A stretch of DNA of 64,000 nt from contig JAHFSY010000020.1 of NCBI GenBank assembly GCA_023269615.1, positions 3,873 to 67,872 on the forward strand, read 5' to 3'. Positions 47,351 to 57,142 of this stretch are shown piece by piece. A program made the translations under genes and the position numbers. Source of the DNA: Verrucomicrobiota bacterium (GTDB lineage Bacteria; Verrucomicrobiota; Verrucomicrobiia; JABWAM01). The stretch's first letter is position 1; each line of letters opens with the position of its first letter. The notes under the pieces are model-generated. The model did not search any database. It saw nothing but the letters and a program-made list of their open reading frames with translations, and was not told where the DNA came from.

Positions 47351-48823
47351 ATGAGTGATTCATCCCCAGATTCCCAGGAAGCCGAGTTGTCCAACCTTCG
47401 TCACGAATTGCGCACGCCGCTCAACCAGATCATCGGGTACAGCGAGATGCTGCAGGAGGAGGCGGAGGAAAAGGGGCAGAAATCCTTCGTTCCCGACCTG
47501 CAGAAAATTCACGGCGCGGCCAGGCATCTTCTCACGCTGATCAACGAAAATCTTGGTTCAGTGGCATTTCGTGCTGGAAAAACAAGCCGTGCTGGTGCCG
47601 CTGATCCCAAGGCGCTTGTCGCCCCGGCCCACCCTGCCGGGAAAACACGTTTTGCGCAGCCCGATCACGGAAAATTGCTGGTGGTGGATGACATCGCGGA
47701 AAATCGCGACATGCTTTCGCGCCGTCTTGAAAAGCAGGGCTACACGGTGTCCGTCGCGGAGAACGGGCTCAAGGCGCTGGAGGCGGTGCGTGCCAGCGAA
47801 TTTGACCTCGTGCTGCTGGACATCATGATGCCGGAGATGGATGGCTACCAGACGCTTGAAAAGCTGAAGTCCGACCGCGAGCTGAAACACATTCCCGTGA
47901 TCATGATTTCCGCGCTGGATGAGATCGAGAGCGTGGTGCGATGCATCCAGATTGGCGCGGAGGATTATCTGCCGAAGCCATTTGACCCCGTGCTGTTGCG
48001 GGCGAGGATTGGCGCGTGCCTGGAGAAGAAGCGGGCGCGCGACCAGGAGCAGCTTTATTACCAGGCGTTGCTGGAGACGCAGAAGCAGTTGACGGCTGAG
48101 CTGGCGGAGGCGGCTACGTATGTGAAGTCAGTCCTTCCCGCGCCGCTCAAGGGGGAGATTGGCGCGGATTGGCGTTTTATTCCGTCCACGTCCCTGGGCG
48201 GCGACTCGTTTGGCTATCACTGGCTCGATTCGGAGCATTTTGCGATGTACCTGCTCGACGTATGTGGACACGGCGTGGGCGCGGCGCTGCTTTCGATTTC
48301 CGTGATGAACGTGCTTCGCTCGCAAAGCCTGCCCAAGACCGACTTTCGAAATCCGGGTGAGGTCCTTGGCGGGCTCAACGACGCGTTCCCGATGGAGAAG
48401 CAGAACAACATGTATTTCACCATCTGGTATGGCGTGTACAACAAGTCGAAGAGGGAGATCGTGTACGCAAGCGGCGGTCATCCGCCGGCGGTCTTGCTGA
48501 GTGGGCCGAGCGCGGACAAGGCGAAGGTCGTCCAGCTGCGGATTCCCGGCATGGCGGTGGGAAGCATGCCGAGCGTTTCCTATCGCAGCGGCACATGCAA
48601 ATTGGAGGCTTTCAGCAAGCTTTATGTGTTCAGCGACGGGGTGTATGAGGTTTCGAAGACGGGCGGGGGGATGGTGAAGTTCGACGAGTTCGTCCAGTGC
48701 CTGGCGCTGCCATCGAGCGGGGGAATGCCGGACCTGGACCGCGTGTTGCGCTACATCACGGGGCTGCACGGGGCGAGTTCGTTTGAGGACGATGTCTCGA
48801 TCATGAGACTGGTTTTTGATTGA
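47351..48823 (+). CDS. HisKA-REC-PP2C (SpoIIE/RsbU-like) phosphatase
   Basis: HELRTPLN.IIGYSE, then VVDD...LLDIMMP...KPF, then GGD, DVCGHG, SDG, DDVS. Confidence 0.9.
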   Translation: MSDSSPDSQEAELSNLRHELRTPLNQIIGYSEMLQEEAEEKGQKSFVPDLQKIHGAARHLLTLINENLGSVAFRAGKTSRAGAADPKALVAPAHPAGKTRFAQPDHGKLLVVDDIAENRDMLSRRLEKQGYTVSVAENGLKALEAVRASEFDLVLLDIMMPEMDGYQTLEKLKSDRELKHIPVIMISALDEIESVVRCIQIGAEDYLPKPFDPVLLRARIGACLEKKRARDQEQLYYQALLETQKQLTAELAEAATYVKSVLPAPLKGEIGADWRFIPSTSLGGDSFGYHWLDSEHFAMYLLDVCGHGVGAALLSISVMNVLRSQSLPKTDFRNPGEVLGGLNDAFPMEKQNNMYFTIWYGVYNKSKREIVYASGGHPPAVLLSGPSADKAKVVQLRIPGMAVGSMPSVSYRSGTCKLEAFSKLYVFSDGVYEVSKTGGGMVKFDEFVQCLALPSSGGMPDLDRVLRYITGLHGASSFEDDVSIMRLVFD

Positions 48824-48855
48824 GGGAGAAACCTTGGTTTTTTTGACAGGAATTT

Positions 48856-49659
48856 ATGTGGGAATTGCTCCAGACACATTGGAGATCGGGGCTTGAGATA
48901 TTCATCCTCTCGATCTTCGTCTATTTCATCCTGCGCTTCATCCGCGGGACGCGTGGGGCGCGCGTGTTGATGGGGTTGGTGACCCTGCTCATCCTGCTGA
49001 CATTCATCAGCCAGGTATTTGACCTGCATACGATCAGCTGGCTGCTGGAGCATTTCTTCTCGTTCATCGTGGTGGCGCTGGTTGTGATTTTCCAGCCCGA
49101 GCTGCGGCGCGCACTGGCGGAGGTGGGGACGCAGCCTCTTTTTTTCACGAGCACCCACGAGCGGGAGGTGGTGGATGTGTTGGTGAAATCGGTGATGGCG
49201 TTGTCCGCGCGGAAAGTTGGGGCGCTGATCGCCGTGGAACGCGAGATCGGGCTGCGCGGCGTTGGCGAGCCGGGGGCTGTGCTCGATGCCCGTCTCTCGC
49301 AGGAACTTCTCGACCAGCTTTTCTTTCCGAATTCGCCGTTGCACGATGGCGGGGTGGTCATCCAGCACAACCGCGTGATCTCGGCCGCCTCGATTTTTCC
49401 CCTGACGCAGCGCGTGGATCTGCCCAAGAGCGTGGGCACGCGCCATCGCGCGGCCCTTGGCCTGTCGGAGGAGACGGACGCCGTGGTGGTCGTGGTCTCG
49501 GAGGAGACGGGAAATATTTCCGTGGCATGCAAGGGGGAGCTCCACCAACAACTGGATCGGGAGAAGCTTCGCGAGCTTCTCACCAGGCTGCTGGTGGGCA
49601 CGACCGATGCCACGTGGCTTGGGAAACTGCAAAGCTTGCTCTCGAGCGGCAACTCATAG
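48856..49659 (+). CDS. cdaA: diadenylate cyclase CdaA/DacA
   Basis: Three TM helices and motifs FQPELRRAL, PLHDGG, GTRHRAA, VSEETG. Confidence 0.95.
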   Translation: MWELLQTHWRSGLEIFILSIFVYFILRFIRGTRGARVLMGLVTLLILLTFISQVFDLHTISWLLEHFFSFIVVALVVIFQPELRRALAEVGTQPLFFTSTHEREVVDVLVKSVMALSARKVGALIAVEREIGLRGVGEPGAVLDARLSQELLDQLFFPNSPLHDGGVVIQHNRVISAASIFPLTQRVDLPKSVGTRHRAALGLSEETDAVVVVVSEETGNISVACKGELHQQLDREKLRELLTRLLVGTTDATWLGKLQSLLSSGNS

Positions 49660-49672
49660 ATAAAGGGCGGGA

Positions 49673-49822
49673 ATGAAGACGTGGTTCCTTAACAACCTTG
49701 GCCTCAAGATCATATCCCTCATGATCGCCACCGTGGTGTGGTGGCTGGTTCACGAGCATATTGAGGAACGGTTGTATTCATCCGGAGCGCCCATCACTTT
49801 TTCCACGAAGATTCCGCGATGA
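49673..49822 (+). CDS. 49-aa membrane peptide resembling the CdaR N-terminal anchor (not in the ORF track)
   Basis: MKTWFLNNLGLKIISLMIATVVWWLVHEHIEERLYSSGAPITFSTKIPR*, with an ATGA overlap onto the glmM start. Confidence 0.75.
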   Translation: MKTWFLNNLGLKIISLMIATVVWWLVHEHIEERLYSSGAPITFSTKIPR

Positions 49823-51207
49823 AAGGCAACTCCCGGCGGGACACAAAGCTTTTTGGGACGGATGGAGTGCGTGGCGTGGCGAACGTCGAGCCGGTGACGG
49901 CCGAGACCGCGCTCAAACTGGGCCGCGCGGCGGCGCATTGGTTCAAGACAACGGGCGATTCGCGCGAGAAGGGGAAGCATCGCATCATCATCGGCAAGGA
50001 CACGCGCCTTTCGGGTTACATGCTGGAAAACGCGATGGTGGCGGGAATCACCTCAATGGGTGTGGACGCGCTGGTGGTCGGGCCGCTTCCCACGCCGGGC
50101 GTGGCGTACATGACGCGCTCCCTGCGTTGCGACGCGGGAATCGTCCTCACCGCCTCGCACAATTCATACGAGGACAATGGCATCAAGTTTTTCCGTCACG
50201 ACGGCTACAAGCTGGACGACAAGGTGGAGAACGAGATCGAGGAACTGGTTTTCACGGGGAGAATTGACAGCATCCGTCCCACGGCGACGGAGATCGGCAA
50301 GGCGATGCGAATCGATGATGCGCTGGGTCGGTACATTGAATTTGTAAAATCGAGCATCCCGCGCGGGTTGAGCCTTGAGGGATTGCGCATCGTGGTGGAT
50401 GTCGGCAACGGGGCGACGTACAAATCCACGCCCTGCATTTTGCGCGAGCTTGGGGCGGAAATCATTGTGCTGCACAACAATCCCAATGGCACGAATATCA
50501 ACCACGAGTGCGGGAGCACCTATCCCGATGTGGTCGCGGCGGCTGTGAAACAACATGGCGTGAACATTGGTATTTCGCACGACGGCGACGGCGATCGAGT
50601 GATCCTTGCTGATGAAAATGGGAAGATCGTGGATGGCGATGCGGTGCTGGCGATCACGGCCCTGGCGGCGTTGCGGCGGGGGCAGCTGCGCCAGAACACC
50701 CTGGTGGCGACGGTGATGAGCAATCTTGCCCTGGATCATGTGATGGAGAAGGCGGGTGGAAAAGTCGTGCGCACGGCGGTGGGCGACCGCCATGTGATCG
50801 GGAAAATGGTGGAGCTCGACGCCAACATCGGTGGCGAGCAGTCCGGGCACTTGATTTTTCGAGACCACGGTACAACCGGCGATGGCATCGTTTCGGCGCT
50901 CCAGGTGCTGGTCATCATGATGGAAAGCGGAAAGAAGCTCAGCGAGCTCACGACTTGCATCACGCCCTATCCGCAGGTGTTGAAGAATTTGAAAGTGAAG
51001 GCCAAGCCGCCCCTCGAGGAAATTCCCTCGGTGATGGAACTGGTGCATGCAGCGGAATCGGACATGGGAAATAAAGGACGGGTTCTTCTGCGTTATTCCG
51101 GCACCGAGCCCAAGGTGCGCCTTCTGATTGAGGGGGAGGATTTGAATAAAATCCAAGCCCACTCCCAGCGCATCGTGGAAAAATTGCAGAAGGCGATCGG
51201 GGTGTGA
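49819..51207 (+). CDS. glmM: phosphoglucosamine mutase
   Basis: Motifs FGTDGVRG, TASHN, DGDGDR, GGEQSGH, RYSGTEP. Confidence 0.97.
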   Translation: MKGNSRRDTKLFGTDGVRGVANVEPVTAETALKLGRAAAHWFKTTGDSREKGKHRIIIGKDTRLSGYMLENAMVAGITSMGVDALVVGPLPTPGVAYMTRSLRCDAGIVLTASHNSYEDNGIKFFRHDGYKLDDKVENEIEELVFTGRIDSIRPTATEIGKAMRIDDALGRYIEFVKSSIPRGLSLEGLRIVVDVGNGATYKSTPCILRELGAEIIVLHNNPNGTNINHECGSTYPDVVAAAVKQHGVNIGISHDGDGDRVILADENGKIVDGDAVLAITALAALRRGQLRQNTLVATVMSNLALDHVMEKAGGKVVRTAVGDRHVIGKMVELDANIGGEQSGHLIFRDHGTTGDGIVSALQVLVIMMESGKKLSELTTCITPYPQVLKNLKVKAKPPLEEIPSVMELVHAAESDMGNKGRVLLRYSGTEPKVRLLIEGEDLNKIQAHSQRIVEKLQKAIGV

Positions 51208-51253
51208 GGGGAACTGAAGGCTGTAGGCTGAAGACTGTTAGCATGATTTTAAT

Positions 51254-52162
51254 TTGAAATCTTCACCGATCATTTTCATCACGGGGGCGACCGGATTTTT
51301 GGGCGGGCATTTTTTGCGGGAGGTGGGGCGCCGTGGCTGGCGACTGAGGTGCCTGGTTCGCGGGCGCCCGGTGTCGAGGCTGCCAAACGTCGAGTGGGTG
51401 CGTGGAGATCTGCTGAAGCCGGCGCGTTGGAAGGCTCGCATGCGGGGTTGCGACTCGGTGGTTCACCTGGCCACGGTGCAACTTTCCGACTGCGAGAAAC
51501 ATCCGGTGCGCGCCTCCCGCGTGATCGTCGGAGGAACGGGATTGTTGCTCCGGCTTGCCCTCGAGGCCGGCGTAAAGCGTTTTGTGCTGGCATCCACATC
51601 GGAGGTGTACGGCAGCCCCACCCGCCTTCCCGTCACGGAACGGACTCCGATGCGCCCGCAATCGCTCTATGGATTTTTCAAGGCGTGCGCCGATTTGCAT
51701 GCGCTGACGCTGGCGAAGGAGGGAGGGCTTTCGCTGTGCGTTTTGCGTTTGTTCAACCTGTATGGCTGTGACACGGCCGGGATGCTTCCGCGGACCGTGC
51801 TGCGGCTCTTTGCCGGGCGCATCGTCGCTGGCGAGCCGGTCATCCTTCATGCCTCGCTGAAAAATTCCCGCGACTTTCTGCATGTGAAGGACGCGGCGCG
51901 GGCGCTCGCGCTGGCGGTATGCCATGAGAAGGCGCGGGGGGTGATCCCGGTTGGATCGGGACGCGAAACGACGTTGCACGGGGCGGCTCGGATGCTCGCG
52001 CGATCGGCGGGACATTCTTTGAAAGTGGATTTCCGCCTGAAGGAGGGGCGCATGCGCCGCATCGTGGCGGACACGCGCCTGGCCCGACTGCAGTTGGGAT
52101 TTGTTCCAAAAGTCTCCCTTGAACAAGGCTTGCGCGAAGTGCTAGAAAACGTGTCATCCTGA
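51254..52162 (+). CDS. NAD-dependent epimerase/dehydratase
   Basis: Motifs TGATGFLG, STSEVYG, YGFFK, RLFNLYG, RDFLHV.D. Confidence 0.88.
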   Translation: MKSSPIIFITGATGFLGGHFLREVGRRGWRLRCLVRGRPVSRLPNVEWVRGDLLKPARWKARMRGCDSVVHLATVQLSDCEKHPVRASRVIVGGTGLLLRLALEAGVKRFVLASTSEVYGSPTRLPVTERTPMRPQSLYGFFKACADLHALTLAKEGGLSLCVLRLFNLYGCDTAGMLPRTVLRLFAGRIVAGEPVILHASLKNSRDFLHVKDAARALALAVCHEKARGVIPVGSGRETTLHGAARMLARSAGHSLKVDFRLKEGRMRRIVADTRLARLQLGFVPKVSLEQGLREVLENVSS

Positions 52163-52182
52163 AAATTCAGAAGGTATTTTCC

Positions 52183-52758
52183 ATGCCCGACATCTACATC
52201 CACCCCAGCGCGGAAGTATCTCCCAAGGCCGAGATCGGTGCGGGCACGAAGATCTGGAACCAGGTGCAGGTGCGCGAAGGCGCCCGGATCGGAAAGAACT
52301 GCATCATTAGCAAGGATGTGTACATTGACCAGGGCGTGGTGATCGGGGACGGCGTCAAGATCCAGAACGGTGTTTCCATTTACAAGGGCGTCACACTGGA
52401 GGATGACGTGTTTGTCGGGCCGCATTCCACGTTCACGAATGATTTTCGTCCGCGGGCCTTTACGAAGGAGTGGACGGTGATCCCGACGCTCCTGCGCCAC
52501 GGGTGCTCGGTGGGCGCAAACGCCACGGTGATGTGCGGCATCACGCTGGGCGAGTATTGCATGATTTCCGCGGGCGCGGTCATCACGGTGGACACACTTC
52601 CCTATGGCCTTTACATCGGGAACCCCGCCCGCCTCAAGGGCTTTGTCAGCACCAGTGGATTTGAAATGGAGTCGGTGGAGACGGAGGCGGACTATCTTAT
52701 TTTCAAGTGCAGCAAGACGCGCGAACGGCTGCGGATCAAATTCGAGGCGCTGGACTGA
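52183..52758 (+). CDS. hexapeptide-repeat sugar N-acyltransferase (WbpD/WxcM-like)
   Basis: IHPSA, LbH repeats, FTND, VGANATV, GNPAR. Confidence 0.9.
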   Translation: MPDIYIHPSAEVSPKAEIGAGTKIWNQVQVREGARIGKNCIISKDVYIDQGVVIGDGVKIQNGVSIYKGVTLEDDVFVGPHSTFTNDFRPRAFTKEWTVIPTLLRHGCSVGANATVMCGITLGEYCMISAGAVITVDTLPYGLYIGNPARLKGFVSTSGFEMESVETEADYLIFKCSKTRERLRIKFEALD

Positions 52759-52759
52759 T

Positions 52760-53482
52760 ATGGCCACCGTCAGCGTGGTCGTGCCCTGTTACAACGAGGC
52801 TGAAGGCATTGCGCAGCTCAAGGAACAATTGACGCCCGTGCTGGACCGGGTTGCGTTGCGCCATGAAGTCGAGTTGATCTTCGTGGATGATGGCAGCACG
52901 GACAGGACGCATGCCTTGTTGGAGGAGGCTTTTGGGGCGCGCCCCAAAACCAAAGTGGTGCGTCATGAGAGGAACATGAATCTTGGAGCGGCTGTGCGCA
53001 CCGGCGTGTCCGAGTCGAAGGGGGAATGGATTGCGAACCTGGACAGCGACTGCACGTACGATCCCTCGCTCCTGGAGCCGATGCTGGAGGAGATGGCGCG
53101 CGGCGCCGACCTGGTGACCGTTTCGCCCTATGCTCCGCAAGGGCGGGTGGATGGGGTGCCCGCGTACCGCATGTTTTTGAGCAAAACGTTGACCGCGATG
53201 TACCGGTTGATTTTGAGGAAGAAAATTTACACCTTCACGGCCCTGGCGCGGGTGTATCACCGGTCGGTTTTCGATCGGATCAAGTCGCCTGCGTTTGATT
53301 TCACCTGCCTTGCCGAGATGATGTTGAAGGCGCTGAAGCAGGACCTGCGTGTGGTGGAAGTCCCGGCCGTGCTTTCGGTGCGGCGCTTTGGCGAATCAAA
53401 AATGAAAACCGCGAAGGTGATCCAGGCGCATCTTCGGTTGATCCGGAGGCTGCTTTTTCAATCCTCTTCGTTTTTGCCATGA
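52760..53482 (+). CDS. glycosyltransferase family 2
   Basis: Motifs VVPCYNE, DDGSTD, LDSDCTY, R.FGESK. Confidence 0.9.
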   Translation: MATVSVVVPCYNEAEGIAQLKEQLTPVLDRVALRHEVELIFVDDGSTDRTHALLEEAFGARPKTKVVRHERNMNLGAAVRTGVSESKGEWIANLDSDCTYDPSLLEPMLEEMARGADLVTVSPYAPQGRVDGVPAYRMFLSKTLTAMYRLILRKKIYTFTALARVYHRSVFDRIKSPAFDFTCLAEMMLKALKQDLRVVEVPAVLSVRRFGESKMKTAKVIQAHLRLIRRLLFQSSSFLP

Positions 53483-53496
53483 ATGCTCAATCGTCA

Positions 53497-53678
53497 TTTG
53501 TAGCCGAACTCGCCAGAGTTTGGCGGGAGAAGTGGGTGGAGCTGGGGGAGGCCAAATTCTTGCGAATTCGGCTACAGAGTCGGGCTGCTGCTGCGGTCGT
53601 TTGTAGCCGAACTCGCCAGAGTTTGGCGGGAGAAGTGGGTGGAGCTGGGGGAGGCCAAATTCTTGCGAATTCGGCTAC
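53497..53678. repeat. tandem pair of identical 79-bp REPINs (family C-related)
   Basis: tttgtagccgaactcgccagagtttgg...ccaaattcttgcgaattcggctac at 53497-53575 and again at 53600-53678. Confidence 0.9.
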
Positions 53679-53702
53679 GGCTGATTTTGTGCGGGGTGAA
53701 CC

Positions 53703-54791
53703 ATGAAAACCATGCTGACCGTGCTTGGGACGCGTCCCGAGATCGTGAAGTTTTCACCGCTGCTGCCGTTGCTGGACCGCGGGTGCCGGCATGTGCTGGT
53801 TCATACGGGGCAGCATTATGACGAGAACATGGACCGGATATTTTTTCGTGAATTGAAACTGAAGACGCCGCGACATTTTTTGAACGTGGGCTCGGCGGGG
53901 CAGGGGGTTCAGACCGCCCGGATGCTGGAGAGGCTGGAGCCGATCATGTTGCGCGCGCGTCCGTGCGCGGTGCTGGTGCTGGGCGACACGAATTCCACGC
54001 TGGCGGGGGCGCTCGTGGCGGCGAAGCTGAATATTCCGGTGGCGCACGTGGAGGCGGGCTGCCGTTCCTTCAACCGCGCGATGCCCGAGGAAAAAAACCG
54101 CGTGATGGTGGATCACGTTTCCGATCTGCTTTTCGCCCCCGACAGGGAGGCCGTGCAACACCTCGCGGGCGAGGGGATTGTGGGTGCTAAAATTCATCTC
54201 GTGGGCAACACGGGATTGGATGCGACGCTGAGGGCCATGCGGCTTGCGCGGAAGGAACGGTTGAAGCGTTTCGGCGTGAAGCCAGGGACATACGTGCTGG
54301 CCACGCTGCATCGTGCGGAGAACACGGATGATCTGCCACGCTTTGCGCGTCTGGTGGAAGCGATCAACCAGATTTCCGAACGGGTTCCGGTGTTGTTTCC
54401 GATCCATCCGCGAACGGTGGCGGTGTTGAAGCGGCACCGGATCAAGCTCGGAGCCGGAGTCTCCCGATTGCCGCCGCTGGGTAATTTGGATTTCATCGCC
54501 CTGATGCGGAGCGCACTTTTCGTGATGAGCGACTCGGGGGGAATCCAGGAGGAGGCGGCGGTGGTGAACCGCCCGTGCCTGGTCTTGCGCGAGGACACCG
54601 AGTGGACGCGGCTGGTGGAGGCGGGGAAGAATTTTCTCGTGGGCACGCGGACGGCTGATATTGTGCGGGTGGCACGCCGCCTGTTGGATTCGGCGGAGTT
54701 GCGACGGAAGATTGCGGGGAAGAAGGCGCCGCTGTCATTTGGAGCATCTCAAAAAATCATGCGAATCCTTGGCCAAATCGCGAAAACATGA
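53703..54791 (+). CDS. wecB: UDP-N-acetylglucosamine 2-epimerase (non-hydrolysing)
   Basis: Motifs GTRPE, HTGQHYD, GDTNS, HVEAG.RS, TLHRAEN, SDSGGIQEEA. Confidence 0.95.
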   Translation: MKTMLTVLGTRPEIVKFSPLLPLLDRGCRHVLVHTGQHYDENMDRIFFRELKLKTPRHFLNVGSAGQGVQTARMLERLEPIMLRARPCAVLVLGDTNSTLAGALVAAKLNIPVAHVEAGCRSFNRAMPEEKNRVMVDHVSDLLFAPDREAVQHLAGEGIVGAKIHLVGNTGLDATLRAMRLARKERLKRFGVKPGTYVLATLHRAENTDDLPRFARLVEAINQISERVPVLFPIHPRTVAVLKRHRIKLGAGVSRLPPLGNLDFIALMRSALFVMSDSGGIQEEAAVVNRPCLVLREDTEWTRLVEAGKNFLVGTRTADIVRVARRLLDSAELRRKIAGKKAPLSFGASQKIMRILGQIAKT

Positions 54792-54804
54792 CAATCTCCT
54801 GAAC

Positions 54805-56127
54805 ATGGACTGGTACGATCCCCCGAAACGACGATGGTTCAACCTGCGTGTGGTCGCATGGGCCATGTTTGACACCGGTGCGACGGTTTTTTCGATGCTG
54901 GTGATCAGCCGGTATTTCGGCCCCTGGGTGGTCAAGGAAATGGGGGGAAAGGTGGGCCAGTTCAACGACGCGATCTGGATTTCCCTATTGGTCGCAGCGA
55001 CGATCCAGATTTTGCTCAGCCCGATTTCGGACGAGCTCGGGCGTCGCCGTGTGTTCGTGGTGGGGTTCACCCTGCTTTGTGTGAGTGCCTGCAGCTTGAT
55101 GGGAGTGGGGGGAACGCTGACGCGAGGGTTGCTTTTGTTCGGTGTGGCGAATGTGGGTTACCAGACTGCAATGGTGTTTTACAACGCGATGCTGGGGGAT
55201 GTTGCGGACCAGCGTCACATGGCTCGGATTTCGGGAATTGGTGTTGGAATCGGCTATGTGGGTTCGATTGTGGGGTTGTTGATTTCCGCGCGATATGTGG
55301 ATACCGAAAGCCACCATTACTCGAGCGCATTTCCCCTTGCAGCGATCATGTTCCTGGGGTTTGCGCTTCCGCTCTTTTTGTTTGTGAAGGAGAAGCCGAG
55401 CCTGGTGCGATTGAACCTGGCGCAAAGCCTGACGAATAGCATCGGCTCATTTGTGACCACGCTACGGCGCGTGGCCCGTCACCGGGAAATGCTCTATTTT
55501 TTCATCGGGTGCCTGCTTGCCCTGGATGCGGTGAATGCGGTGACTGTGAACATGTCGTTGTACTGTGAGGATGTGGTGGGGCTCGACCCTGTTGAGGGAT
55601 TTACACCGATGTGGATGGGACATGCCTTGTTTGGGGTGAAGATCAGCCAGATTGATTTATTTTTGATCATTTCCACGGTCTTCGCGATCTTTGGTTCGTT
55701 CATCATCGGCCACATTTCAGACAAGACGAGTCATTATAAAACCCTCCTCGTCGTGCTGGTTTTATGGATGGCCGCGCTGGTGCTGGCGATGTTTGGCGTG
55801 GGCGTTCACAAGAAACTTTTCTGGTTCACCGGGCCGATGTTTGGATTGGGGTTTGGCGGTATCTGGACGGTGAGCCGCGCGTATTTACAGGAATTATGCC
55901 ATCCTGAGGAACGCAGCCAGATGTTCGCCATATTCGGCCTGGTTGGGCGATATTCCGCAATCATCGGCACGTTTGCCTGGTCCCAAACATTTCATTTATG
56001 CAATTATTTTCAGATTGATGAGCGAAAGGCTTCCAGAATTTCGATTGCCGTTGTCCTGGTGTTGTTGTGCATCGGCTTTTGGGTGCTGCTTAACGCCCGT
56101 CCAAAAGCAGAAAACCCGCGGCGCTGA
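54805..56127 (+). CDS. MFS transporter (UMF1-like)
   Basis: About 12 TM helices, AWAMFD, FYNAML.D, ISGIG.GIGY.G. Confidence 0.88.
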   Translation: MDWYDPPKRRWFNLRVVAWAMFDTGATVFSMLVISRYFGPWVVKEMGGKVGQFNDAIWISLLVAATIQILLSPISDELGRRRVFVVGFTLLCVSACSLMGVGGTLTRGLLLFGVANVGYQTAMVFYNAMLGDVADQRHMARISGIGVGIGYVGSIVGLLISARYVDTESHHYSSAFPLAAIMFLGFALPLFLFVKEKPSLVRLNLAQSLTNSIGSFVTTLRRVARHREMLYFFIGCLLALDAVNAVTVNMSLYCEDVVGLDPVEGFTPMWMGHALFGVKISQIDLFLIISTVFAIFGSFIIGHISDKTSHYKTLLVVLVLWMAALVLAMFGVGVHKKLFWFTGPMFGLGFGGIWTVSRAYLQELCHPEERSQMFAIFGLVGRYSAIIGTFAWSQTFHLCNYFQIDERKASRISIAVVLVLLCIGFWVLLNARPKAENPRR

Positions 56128-56168
56128 TCGGGCGCGCGGGTTTCTGGTTTGAAGTTTGTCGGGAAGCG

Positions 56169-56864
56169 TTACTTTTCCGTGGTGGTCTTGGTCTGCGTTT
56201 CGCCGTCGTGCTTTTCGCTGTAGATGTCCTTGCTCGTGGAGCTGAGGTCCTCGTGGAGATCCTTGCGCTCGTCCTTGGTAAGGGTGCCGTCGGACTTGTA
56301 CTCCTTCTCTTCTCCGCGGATGCTTTTTTCCTTCTCGGCGAGAGCCTTGGCTTCGTCCTTGGTCAGGGCGCCAGATTTGACGCCTTCCTTGATGCGGTCA
56401 TGCTGGTTTTCCTGGCGGCCGTTAACACCGGGGTCGCGGGTGCCGGGCTTGCCGGGTTGGGCGGGTGTCACGCCGGGCTGGGTTTCGGCATCATGCTTCT
56501 CCTTGTAGATGTCTTTGCTGGCCGTGTTCAGATCCTGATGGAGATCCTTGCGCTCGTCCTTGGTGAGGGTGCCGTCGGACTTGTATGCCTTTTCCTCATC
56601 GCGGATGGATTTTCTCTCGTCGCCAAGGCTCTTGGTCTCTTCCTTGGTGAGCTGTCCTGATTTGACACCCTGGGCGACGCGATCGTGCTGATTCTCCTGT
56701 CTGGCGTTCACGCCAGGGTCGCGGGTGCCTGCGCCAGTCTTGGCGCATTCATGGGCATGATCACGGACGGGGCGGGCATGTTTTTTTCCGCCTTCGGCGA
56801 AAGCACTGGTGGTGAGGCTGAGCGCCGTGGCGCACAGGAGGGAGAGCAAGGCTTTGGTATTCAT
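56169..56864 (-). CDS. secreted charged protein with two tandem ~83-aa repeats
   Basis: Signal peptide, then two copies of TRDPGVN.RQENQHDR..GVKSG.LTK.E...KSDGTLTKDERKDLH...KDIY.EKHD. Confidence 0.85.
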   Translation of the reverse strand: MNTKALLSLLCATALSLTTSAFAEGGKKHARPVRDHAHECAKTGAGTRDPGVNARQENQHDRVAQGVKSGQLTKEETKSLGDERKSIRDEEKAYKSDGTLTKDERKDLHQDLNTASKDIYKEKHDAETQPGVTPAQPGKPGTRDPGVNGRQENQHDRIKEGVKSGALTKDEAKALAEKEKSIRGEEKEYKSDGTLTKDERKDLHEDLSSTSKDIYSEKHDGETQTKTTTEK

Positions 56865-56963
56865 GGAGATTCCGTTGTGTATGGGTTGGTTCTTAAGGAT
56901 TCCAAACAACGCGGCCGCGAAAAAGTTGCGCGGAAAATTTGTTGGTGAACCCTTCTTCCCGAG

Positions 56964-56990
56964 GATCGCCGCTGACAGCGGCTCCTACAA
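56964..56990 (-). repeat. single GTAG REP (family A)
   Basis: gatcgccgctgacagcggctcctacaa, identical to the right arm of the 11861-11933 doublet. Confidence 0.85.
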
Positions 56991-57142
56991 CCCCTGACCC
57001 CGTGATTCGAGGCTTGTGGAGCGGATGCCATCCGCGACCGGGCGTGCGGGTACGTGGGAGAGCAACAAATTTGCCGCGCACCGGAGAATGGGAGGTGAAT
57101 CATTTTCATTTTCCGAGGCGATTATTTGTGTATGATGCCGCC

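Noticed and set aside
53497..53678. Possible CRISPR array
   Set aside because: There are only two 79-bp units, each a GTAG-ended REP doublet. There is no spacer series and no cas gene in the window.
53479..53706. 75-aa ORF bridging the GT2 gene and wecB
   Set aside because: It is almost entirely a translation of the duplicated REPIN, with no independent coding evidence.
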